Shown here: positions 10,577 through 20,764 of the stretch, piece after piece
Layout of the letters: every line of letters starts with the position of its first letter
How positions within the stretch are numbered: the first letter of the stretch is position 1
DNA from: Paraspadella gotoi
Taxonomy: Eukaryota > Animalia > Chaetognatha
Direction of reading: 5' to 3'
Assembly: GCA_051294375.1 (NCBI GenBank)
Contig: JBJCIZ010000183.1
Location: 1 to 29,566, forward strand
Length of the DNA: 29,566 bases
Notes under the pieces: generated by a model
Database searches by the model: none
What the model was told of the DNA's origin: nothing
What the model saw: only the letters and a program-made list of their open reading frames with translations
Translations under genes and position numbers: made by a program

Positions 10577-10913
10577 TGAAGAGTTCCCTTTTCCTGAGTT
10601 TTTGCTAACATCGAAAAGCGGGAATCTTTTTTCAAAGAATTTATTTCACACGAGAAATAAGCAAGCGAGTCCGAGAGAGAGAAAAATACAATGATTATAC
10701 AAAGGCAAAAATCGATCGAACCTTAACGAGAGCACCTCGAAATATTTCTAATAAAGGTGAAAATACGGATTGGACCTTAACGAGAGCATCTCGAATAAAT
10801 TCTGTAATAGTAAAAAATGTGTTTTTGTTATTTACGTAAAGTTCGAATTAAAGTATTTGAAAGTATTTAAAATACGAAGGCCGACCGATTTAGTTTTTAT
10901 TCCGGAGACTTCA
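10577..10913 (-). repeat. 3' LTR of Gypsy copy 1 (337 bp, TGAAG...CTTCA)
   Basis: Direct repeat of 14847-15183 with two substitutions (10771/15041 and 10908/15178). TG...CA termini with a 5-bp inverted repeat. Minus-strand AATAAA at 10640-10645. Confidence 0.96.
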
Positions 10914-13900
10914 GAACCCCCCCCAAGACGGCGTCTCGATACGAGAGGGCGTATTGTTCTATGAAGCGTTGTGGCGGCCGCACATAACGCTGCGGACGCT
11001 GGTTTGAAGGCGCAGGAAGAGAATCTGGAACGGGCGTCGACGGCGCGGGACCTGCGTCGACGGCTAGAGGAGGCGCGGCGTTTGGAGGTCGACCGCGGCG
11101 CGGCGGCGCCGCCGGAACCGTTGGTGTCGCGTCGTCCTCGGTGAAGGGTTTCAGGCGGTCGACGGAGATGTCGTCGATGCGGCCGCCGATTTCGAGGCGG
11201 AAAGTTTTTGAGGCGCGTGATACGACCCGGAAGGGACCGTCGTAGACCGGCTGCAAAGGCGTGCGGATGGGGCCGCGCCTCACGAGGACGAAGGGGCACA
11301 TCTTGAGCTCGTCGGGAACGTAGATGCGCGCGCGCGCGTGGCGCGTGCCGTCAATGGGACGGAGCGCCTTGACTTCTTCTCGGAGGGTCCGTAGGAACTC
11401 GTGCGCCGGCGCCGGGGCGCCGCTGTCCGGGACAAAGTCGGCCGGCGTGGCCAACTCCTCGCCGTAGACGAGCTCGGCGGCGGAGGCGTGGAGATCCTCT
11501 TTGAAGGCGGTGCGCAGGCCGAGCATCACCCATGGGAGTTTGTCGACCCAATCTGCGGCGGCGAGTTTGGCACGGAGGGCGGCCTTGAGGTCCCGGTGGA
11601 ACCGTTCCACCATGCCATTTGCTTGAGGATGGTACGACGTGGTGTGGTGGAGGTTGGCGCCAAGTGACGCCGCCAGTTGACGCCACAGTTCGGAGACAAA
11701 CTGAGTTCCGCGGTCCGAAGTGATGTGGAGAGGCGCGCCGAAACGCGCGACCCAACCGGAAGCAAAGGCGCGCGCCACCGTCACCGCGTTGATGTCCTGA
11801 AGAGGTAGCGCCTCAGGCCAGCGCGTGAAGCGATCGACGACGGTGAGAAGATATGTGAAGCCGAATGACGCCGGAAGCGGTCCCACGAGGTCGACGTGGA
11901 CGTGCTGGAACCGCTTTTCAGGAGGAACGAAGTCTTCTATGGGCGCCGACACGTGCGTCCTCACCTTTGCCCGCTGGCAGCGAAGGCATGACCGCGCCCA
12001 GTTGGCGGCGTCTTTCGCCGCGCCCGGCCAAACAAATTTTTTGGTGACGAGCGACTTGGAAGTCTTTATTCCAGGGTGCGCCAATGAATGTAGGGCGTCG
12101 AAAACTGTCCGCGCGCACTCCCTTCGGCACGAGCGCGCGCGCGGCGCGCCATGGAGACGTCGCAGAGGATGGGAAGCCGTCGAAAGGTTGCTTGTTGAGG
12201 CGGAGCGCGGAACTGGACGTCTGGAGGCGTCGGATGTCGGCGTCGTCGTTTGGTCCGCCGCCATCGCGCGAAATCGACGCCGCCGGGACCGGTGACCGCC
12301 ATGACTCGGGGGATGACGACGCGCGAGAGGGCGTCGGCGACGACGTTGGCTTTCCGAGACGTGTTTGAAGTCCGTCGTGAACTCCGAAACGGCCGCGAGC
12401 TGATTCGCCTGGCGCGCTGTCTTGGAGTCGGTCTTCTTGTTGATGGAAGGTACCAGGCTGACGTGGTCCGTGAAGAGCGTGAAGGGGCGTCCTAGGAAAT
12501 AACGGAAGTGGCGCACGGAGAGGTGTGCCGCCAGCAGCTCCCGGTCGTACGGCGGATATTTCTTCTGGCTGTCGTTCAGTGGCTTGGAGAAGAAAGCGAG
12601 GGGGCGCCAGCGACCCCCGACGAGCTGCTCGAGGACGCCGCCGATCGCAAAGTCGGAGGCATCGACCGTGAGCGCGGTGGGCGCGCCCGTGACGGGATGG
12701 ATGAGCATCGCGGCGTCCGCGAGGGCCTTTTTGGTCCGGTTGAACGCCTCCAGTCGGTCTTCGGTCCAATCGACGATCTTGGGCTGTGGACGACCTTTGA
12801 GGGCCGCGTAGAGAGGCGCCATCAGCTCAGCCGCGCGGGGAACAAAACGGTGAAAGAAATTCACCATTCCGAGGAACCTTTGAAGCTCCTTGACGGTCTT
12901 GGGACGCGGGAAACCGTTGATCGCGGCCACCTTTGAAGGAAGTGGACGGACGCCTCCGGCGTCGATGTGGTGACCCAGGAAGTCGAGGGAGTCGACGCCG
13001 AAGAGGCACTTCTCGCGCTTGATGACGAGGCCGTGCTCCTGTAGGCGGTCGAAAAGGCGCTGAAGGTCTTCCAGGTGCTGAGTCCGATCCCTGGAGGCGA
13101 CGAGGATGTCGTCGAGATAGACGAACACTCTCGGCAGACCTCTGCAGACGGAGTCCATGAGCCGTTGGAAGGCTTGAGCGGCGTTCTTCAGGCCGAAAGG
13201 CATGCGGAGGTATTCAAACGAGCCGAATGGCGTGATGATGGCCGTCTTCGGGATGTCTTCCTCCGCCACGGGACCTGGTGGTACCCTTGAGCAATCGACC
13301 TTGGAGAAGACGGTCATCCCGCAAGGTCGGCGGAGAAGTCGTGGAGGTGTTGACGGAATACGATCGTCCTTGGTGGCGGCGTTGAGCGTCTTAGTCGCCG
13401 CAGGCGCGGAAACTGCCGTCGGTTGAGACGATGTGAAGGGAGAGCCCACGGAGAGGAGGAGGCCGGAGATCCGAGGCGTTGCAGTCCTCAAACTCCTTCT
13501 TGACGGCCGCGAGCTTCTCTGGCGCCAGTCGACGGGCCCTTGCGAAGACCGGATGTCCTTCCGTTGGGATGCGATGGAAAACTCCGTGACGAGGCGCGTT
13601 GAGCTTCGAATTTGGAGGTCAGGTCGGGCGGTCGCGGAGAGTCTGCAAAACGTTGGAGACTTCCAGAGGCGACCCGGCTGTAGGAGAGGCGCTGAAGTCG
13701 CAGCGGATGCTTCGAACGTCCCGAGTCATGAGGCGCGCCGCGCGACGTCGACCAGGAGCCATGGAGGCGCAGGAAATCGGCGCCGAGGATGGCCGCTTGA
13801 CCTCGGCCACGACGAAGTTGCCGACGAGGCTTTGGAGGCGAGGCGGAGCGTCATGGTGCGGCTTCCAAAAGCCGCGATGGACGACCCGTTGGCGCCCGCA

Positions 13901-14058
13901 GGGACGATGCCGCCCGGTTGGTCCTGTCCCACGTCGAAGCGGAAGGAGGCTTACTTCGCGCCGTGTCGACGAGGAAATCCGTGCCGGAGTTAGTCTCGCA
14001 CCGTGAGCAGGGAGAGGCGCCGGTCGCCTGCTCACTGACGGCCGCGGCGTCGTTTCCC
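10897..14058 (-). CDS. pol: Gypsy Pol polyprotein (PR-RT-RNase H-integrase), frameshifted as assembled
   Basis: FLVDT(G)AEVSLLP; KTAIITPFGSFEYLRMPFGLKNAAQAFQRLMD; YLDD; TVDASDFAIGGVLEQ; RELLA; FTDH; HSLAHPG...CLRC; DLVGPLP; SDRGTQF; NGMVERFHR; YDGPFRV. The stop codon lies inside the 3' LTR. Confidence 0.93.
10914..10926 (-). promoter_or_regulatory. Polypurine tract (G8)
   Basis: Minus strand reads TTGGGGGGGGTTC immediately before the 3' LTR. Confidence 0.8.
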
Positions 14059-14771
14059 GCCTCTTCTTGGTCTTGGACGCTACCGCCCCCGGCGCGCAAG
14101 CACAGGGCTCCTGGCAGCCGCGGGCCTTGGCCCGTAGCGCGATGCTTCCAACAAATGATGTCGGCTTTGGACGCGGCGCAAACGCAATCCGAGGAGGTGT
14201 TCCCCAAAGGCGCCGCGGTTGAGGACGTCTTCTTCCGTTCACCTCGTTGACCATCGCGTTGCCATCATCGGTCGAAGTACTTTGTCCGCGGCCTTCGCGA
14301 GGGCATCGCGCCGCCCGGCGTCTGGGTGACGACGAGCGCAACGGACGACGGAAGGGCGTGGAGCAGAGTCGCGCGGATGATGTCGTCCATCTTGACGCCG
14401 TCGGTGAGAGCGCGAAGCTCGCTGACGAACTCCTGCGGGCGTTTCCCACCAAGGTTAACGGTGGAGAGGAGTTTGGCGGCGCGTTCCGGCTTCGTCGCCC
14501 GGAAGGTGTCCAGGAGGCGCGTCTTGAGCGCATTGAAGGGATCCTCGAGCTCCTCGGGTCCATCGAGAAAAAAGTCGCGGATTTTGCGGGAGACCTCTTC
14601 GGAGAGTGCTGTCACGACGTGGTAGTAGCGCGTGAGCGACGCCGTAATGCCGCGCGTGGCAAATTGGGCCTCGGCGCGGACGAACCAAAGTTGAGCTTCG
14701 TTAGGCCAAAAATCTGGAAGTTTGACGGATACGGCGGCAGCGNNNNNNNNNNCGGCTTGATCTCCCGGCAT
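14032..14771 (-). CDS. gag: Gypsy Gag (CsRN1 type, CHCC nucleocapsid box), frameshifted as assembled
   Basis: N-terminal VKLPDFWPNEAQLWFVRAEAQF; FNALKTRLL; reconstructed C-x2-H-x9-C-x3-C (CWKH...GCQEPC) at 14102-14153. Confidence 0.88.
14052..14058 (-). promoter_or_regulatory. Putative -1 ribosomal frameshift heptamer G GGA AAC at the gag/pol overlap
   Basis: X XXY YYZ heptamer just before the gag stop, retained in the other copies at 17470-17476 (+) and 24048-24054 (-). Confidence 0.7.
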
Positions 14772-14832
14772 CTTGCAGTCGGTCGCGGAAGATGGGGCTC
14801 AAGGATGTCGTAGTTCGTGTGCGTGTTCGCTA

Positions 14833-14845
14833 GTAGGGCTCACCA
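14833..14845 (-). promoter_or_regulatory. Primer-binding site TGGTGAGCCCTAC (tRNA-Trp-like)
   Basis: Starts 1 nt after the 5' LTR with TGG. Identical in copy 2 (15383-15395). Resembles the tRNA-Trp PBS TGGTGACCCCGAC. Confidence 0.8.
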
Positions 14846-14846
14846 T

Positions 14847-15183
14847 TGAAGAGTTCCCTTTTCCTGAGTTTTTGCTAACATCGAAAAGCGGGAATCTTTT
14901 TTCAAAGAATTTATTTCACACGAGAAATAAGCAAGCGAGTCCGAGAGAGAGAAAAATACAATGATTATACAAAGGCAAAAATCGATCGAACCTTAACGAG
15001 AGCACCTCGAAATATTTCTAATAAAGGTGAAAATACGGATCGGACCTTAACGAGAGCATCTCGAATAAATTCTGTAATAGTAAAAAATGTGTTTTTGTTA
15101 TTTACGTAAAGTTCGAATTAAAGTATTTGAAAGTATTTAAAATACGAAGGCCGACCGATTTAGTTTTTATTCCGGAGGCTTCA
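14847..15183 (-). repeat. 5' LTR of Gypsy copy 1 (337 bp)
   Basis: Direct repeat of 10577-10913, followed on the minus strand by the PBS. Confidence 0.96.
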
Positions 15184-15242
15184 TTTCCGAGATATCTAAA
15201 TATAGCAAGACCACTATCTTTTATTTCCCGTGACTCGTTTTT

Positions 15243-15342
15243 NNNNNNNNNNNNNNNNNNNNNNNNNNNNNNNNNNNNNNNNNNNNNNNNNNNNNNNNNN
15301 NNNNNNNNNNNNNNNNNNNNNNNNNNNNNNNNNNNNNNNNNN
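15243..15342. other. Scaffold gap (exactly 100 N)
   Basis: Run of 100 N, the usual convention for a gap of unknown size. Confidence 0.95.
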
Positions 15343-18300
15343 TTTCGATGTTAGAATAGCTCAGGAAAAGGGAGCTCTTCAATGGTGAGCCCTACTAGCG
15401 AACAAGAACAACGACATCCTTGAGCCCCATCTTCCGCGACCAACTTCAAGATGCCGGGAGACCAAGACGCCGTCGCGACCGCTGCCGCCGTATCCGTCAA
15501 ACTTCCANNNNNNNNNNNNNNNNNNNNNNNNNNNNNNNNNNNNNNNNNNNNNNNNNNNNNNNNNNNNNNNNNNNNNNNNNNNNNNNNNNNNNNNNNNNNN
15601 NNNNNNNTCACAGCACTCTCCGAGGAGGTCTCCCGCAAAATCCGCGATTTTTTTCTAGATGGACCCGAGGAGCTCGAGGATCCCTTCAACGCGCTCAAAA
15701 CGCGCCTCCTGGACACCTTCCGGGCNNNNNNNNNNGAACGCGCCGCCAAACTCCTCTCCACTGTCAACCTCGGTGGGAAACGCCCGCAGGAGTTTGTCAG
15801 CGAGCTTCGTGCTCTCACCGACGGCGTCAAGNNNNNNNNNNTCATCCGCGCGACTCTGCTCCACGCCCTTCCGTCGTCAGTCGCGCTCGTCGTCACCCAG
15901 ACGCCGGGTGGCGCCGACGACCTCGCGAAGGCTGCGGACAAATACTTCGACCGTGACNNNNNNNNNNTCGTCAACGAGGTGGAGCGCGACGACGTCTTCA
16001 ACCGCGACGCCGCCGGAGGTCCAATTCCTCCCGAGTGCGTGTGCGCAACGTCCAAAGCCGACGCCATCTGCTGGAAGCATCNNNNNNNNNNNNNNNNNNN
16101 NNNNNNNNNNNNNNNNNNNNNNNNNNNNNNNNNNNNNNNNNNNNNNNNNNNNNNNNNNNNNNNNNNNNNNNNNNNNNNNNNNNNNNNNNNNNNNNNNNNN
16201 NNNNNNNNNNNNNNNNNNNNNNNNNNNNNNNNNNNNNNNNNNNNNNNNNNNNNNNNNNNNNNNNNNNNNNNNNNNNNNNNNNNNNNNNNNNNNNNNNNNN
16301 NNNNNNNNNNNNNNNNNNNNNNNNNNNNNNNNNNNNNNNNNNNNNNNNNNNNNNNNNNNNNNNNNNNNNNNNNNNNNNNNNNNNNCCAACCGGGCGGCAT
16401 CGTCGCCGCTCCGGGCTGCCAACGGATCGTCCATCGCGGCTTTCGGAAGCCGCACCATGACACTCCGCCTCGCCTCCAAAGCCNNNNNNNNNNACTTCGT
16501 CGTAGGCTGAGGTCAAGCGGCCGATCCTCGGCGCCGATTTCCTGCGCCTCCATGGTCTCCTGGTCGACGTCGCGCGACGACGCCTCATTGACTCGGTGAC
16601 GTTCGAAGCGATCCGCTGCGACATCAGCGCCGTCTCCTACAGCCGGGTGGCGCCTCTGGAAGTCTCCAACGTCTTTGCAGACCTCCTCCGCGACCGGCCC
16701 GACCTGACAACTCCAAAGTTCGAAGCTCAAGCGCCTCGTCACGGAGTTTTCCATCGCATCCCAAGTGACCGCCGCCGCCGTCGCCGTCAGACTTCCAGAA
16801 TTCTGGCCAATGAAAGCTCAACGTCTGGTTCGTGCGGGCCGAAGCCCAGTTTGCCCTACGCGGCAATTACGGCGTCGCCACGCGCTACTACCAGTTCGTC
16901 ACAGGCCTCTCGAGGAGGTCCCCGGCAAGATCCGCGATTTTTTTCTGAGCGACCGAGGAAGCTCGAGATCCTTCACGCGCTCAGACGCGCTCCTGACACT
17001 TCGGGCGAACCGAAGCCGGAACGCGCCGCCAAACTCTCTCGACCTCAACCTTGGCGTGGGAAACGCCACCAGGAGTTCATCGGGCGAGCTTCGTGCTCAG
17101 CTGACGGCTCAAAAGTAATGGGAAGACATGCCTCGACGGGCGCGACGCCTGACGTCCAAAACGCCCTTGGCCGTCGTGTCCGTCGCGCTCGTGTCACCCA
17201 GACCGCCGGGTGGCGCCGAGACACCTCGCGAAGGCGCGGAAATATACTTCGACCGAGACGGAAACCGCGATGTCGTCAACTGAGTGAAGCGAGGAAGACT
17301 CTTCACCGCGAACGCCTTGGGGAACCAATCCTTCCGGATTGCGTTGCGCCGCAACGTCCAAAGCCGAGGCATTGCTGGAAGCATCGGCCGCTACGAGCCG
17401 AAGGCCCGGCTGACAGAGCCCTGGCTTGGCGCGCCAGAGGGCTGGTAGCGGGATTAAGACCAAGAAAACGGGAAACACACGCGCCGGCCGTCAGTGAGCG
17501 CCGGCGACCGGCGCCTCTTCCCTGCTCACGGTGGAGACTAGACTGCCGGCACGGCGATTTCTCGTACGACACCGGCGCGCGAAGTAATCGGCCTCCGTTC
17601 CGGCCTCACGTGGGACAGGACCAAACCAGGGCGCATCGTCTCACTGCGGGCAGCCACGGGTCGTCCATCGCGGCTTTTGGAAGCCGCACCATGACGCTCC
17701 GCCTCGCCTCCAAGGTCCTCGTCGCAACTTCGTCGTGGGCGAGGTCAAGCGGCCGATCCTCGGCGCCGAATTTCCTGCGCCTCCATGGTCTCCTGGTCGA
17801 CGTCGCGCGACGACGCCTCATTGACTCGGTGACGTTCGAAGCGATCCGCTGCGACATCAGCGCCGTCTCCTACAGCCGGTGCGCCTCTGGAAGTCTCCAA
17901 CGTCTTTGCAGACCTCCGCGACCGCCCGACCTGACAACTCCAAAGTTCGAAGCTCAAGCGCCTCGTCACGGAGTTTTCCATCGCATCCAACGGAAGGACA
18001 TCCGGTCTTCGCAAGGGCCCGTCGACTGGCGCCAGAGAAGCTCGCGCCGGTCAAGAGAGGAGCTGCACGCCTCGGATCAGTCCGGCCATCCTCCACTCCG
18101 TGGGCGTCTCCACTTCACACCGTCTCCAAGCTGACGGCAGTTTCCGCGCCTGCGGCGACATAGACGTCTCAACGCCGCCACCAAGGACGATCGATATCCC
18201 GTCAACACCTCCACGACTTCTCCGCCGACCTTGCGGGGATGACCGTCTTCTCCAAGGTCGACTTGCTCAAGGGATACCACCAGTGCCCGTGCGAGGAAGA

Positions 18301-20664
18301 CATCCGAAGACGCCATCATCACGCCCATTCGGCTCATTTGAGTACCTCCGCATGCCCTTCGGCCTGAAGAAGCTGCTCAGCCTTCCAACGTCTCATGGAC
18401 TCCGTCTGCAGGGGTCTTCCGAGGGTGTTCGTCTATCTTGACGACATCCTCGTCGCCTCCAAGGATCGGACGCCAGCACCTGGAAGACCTTCAACTCCTC
18501 TTCGACCGTCTCCAGGAACACGGCCTCGTCATCAAGCCGCGAGAAGTGTCTCCCGGCGTCGGATCCCTCGATTTCCTTGTCACCACATCGACGCCGGAGG
18601 TGTCCGTCCTTCCTCAAAGGTGGCCGCGATAACAGTTTCCCGCGTCCCAAGACCGTCAAGAGCTTCAAAGGTTCCCTCGGAATGGTGAACTTCTTCACCG
18701 CTTTTGTTCCCCTCGCGGCTAACTGATGGCGCCACTCTACGCGGCCCTCAAGGGCCGTCCGCAGCCCAAGACTGTCGATTGGACCGACAACCGACTGGAG
18801 GCGTTCAACCGGACCAAAAAGGCCCTCGCGGACGCCGCGATGCTCGTCCATCCCGTCACGGCGCGCCCACTGCGCTCACGGTCGACGCCTCCGACTTCGC
18901 GATCGGCGGCGTCCTCGAACAGCTCGTTGAGGGTCGCTGGCGCCCCTCGCCTTCTTCTCCAAGCCGCTGAACGACAGCAGAAGAAGTATCCGCCGATACG
19001 ACCGGAACTGCTGGCGGCGCACCTCTCCGTGCGCCACTTCCGCTATTTCCTCGAAGGGCGTCCCTTCACGCTCTTCACGGACCATGTCAGCCTAGGTACC
19101 TTCCATCAACAAGAAAACCGACTCCAAGACTGCGCGCCAGGCGAATCAGCTCGCGGCCGTTTCGGAGTTCACGACCGATTTCAAGCACGTTCTGGGAAGC
19201 CAACGTCGTCGCCGACGCCCTCTCGCGCGTCTCATCCCCGACGANNNNNNNNNNNNNNNNNNNNNNNNNGACGTCATGGCGGTCACCGGTCCCGGCGGCG
19301 TCGACTTCGCGGCGATGGCGGCGGATCAAACAAACGACGCCGACATCCGACGCCTCCAGACTTCCGGTTCTGCACTCCGTCTCCAGCAAGCGACCTTCGA
19401 CGGCACTCCTGTCCTCTGCGACGTCTCTACGGGCGTTGCGCGGCCGCTCGTCCCGAAGAAGTGGCGCCGGACCATCTTCGACGCCCTACACTCCTTGGCG
19501 CACCCTGGGATAAAGACGTCCAAGTCACTCGTCACCAAAAAGTTTGTTTGGCCGGGCGCGGCAAAAGACGCCGCCAACTGGGCGCGGTCATGCCTCCACT
19601 GCCAGCGGGCAAAGGTGAGGACGCACGTGTCGGCGCCCATAGAAGATTTCGTTCCTCCCGAAAAGCGTTTCCAGCACGTCCACGTCGACCTCGTAGGGCC
19701 ACTTCCGGCGTCGGCGGGTTTCACCTACCTCCTTACCGTTGTAGACCGCTTCACGCGCTGGCCGGAGGCACTCCCTCTTCAGGACATCAACGCGGTGACG
19801 GTGGCGCGCGCTTTTGCTTCCGGTTGGGTCGCGCGTTTCGGCGCGCCTCTTCACATCACCTCTGACCGCGGGACTCAGTTTGTCTCCGAACTGTGGCGTC
19901 AACTGGCCGGGCGTCACTCGGCGCCCAACCTCCACCATCACCACCGTCGATCTATCCTCAAGCCAACGAACTCAGCATATGGTGGAACGGTGTCACATCT
20001 CAAGCGCCCCTCCGCGCCAACACTCCGCNNNNNNNNNNNNNNNNNNNNNNNNNNNNNNNNNNNNNNNNNNNNNNNNNNCCGCGCGCGCGTCAACGTGCCC
20101 GACGAACTCATGACGTGCCCCTTCGTCCTCGTGAGGCGTGGCCCCATCCGAACGCCTTTGCAGCTTGTCTNNNNNNNNNNNNNNNNNNNNNNNNNNNNNN
20201 NNNNNNNNNNNNNNNNNNNNNNNNNNNNNNNNNNNNNNNNNNNNNNNNNNNNNNNNNNNNNNNNNNNNNNNNNNNNNNNNNNNNNNNNNNNNNNNNNNNN
20301 NNNNNNNNNNNNNNNNNNNNNNNNNNNNNNNNNNNNNNNNNNNNNNNNNNNNNNNNNNNNNNNNNNNNNNNNNNNNNNNNNNNNNNNNNNNNNNNNNNNN
20401 NNNNNNNNNNNNNNNNNNNNNNNNNNNNNNNNNNNNNNNNNNNNNNNNNNNNNNNNNNNNNNNNNNNNNNNNNNNNNNNNNNNNNNNNNNNNNNNNNNNN
20501 NNNNNNNNNNNNNNNNNNNNNNNNNNNNNNNNNNNNNNNNNNNNNNNNNNNNNNNNNNNNNNNNNNNNNNNNNNNNNNNNGTGGCCGCCCTCCAAACGCC
20601 GCGCCTCCTCCAATCATCGACGCAGATCCAGCGCCGGCGGCGCCCGTCCCAGATCCTCCTCCGG
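15343..20664 (+). mobile_element. Gypsy CsRN1-like copy 2 (gapped, mosaic, with gag-PR duplicated internally)
   Basis: LTR end 15343-15381, PBS 15383-15395, gag ATG 15451, RT (YLDD near 18434), RNase H, integrase 19276-19900, tail 20581-20664. Many N runs. Confidence 0.9.
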
Positions 20665-20764
20665 NNNNNNNNNNNNNNNNNNNNNNNNNNNNNNNNNNNN
20701 NNNNNNNNNNNNNNNNNNNNNNNNNNNNNNNNNNNNNNNNNNNNNNNNNNNNNNNNNNNNNNNN
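20665..20764. other. Scaffold gap (exactly 100 N)
   Basis: Run of 100 N between the tail-to-tail copies 2 and 3. Confidence 0.95.

Larger units (their letters stand above)
10577..15183 (-). mobile_element. Full-length Ty3/Gypsy LTR retrotransposon, CsRN1-like clade (copy 1, 4607 bp as assembled)
   Basis: Two 337-bp direct LTRs, 4-bp TSD, PBS, PPT, Gag with CHCC box, and pol in PR-RT-RH-IN order. Confidence 0.96.

Noticed and set aside
16596-18134. 512-aa ORF as a novel protein
   Set aside because: It is a patchwork of shifted gag and PR frames across the duplicated, error-rich segment.
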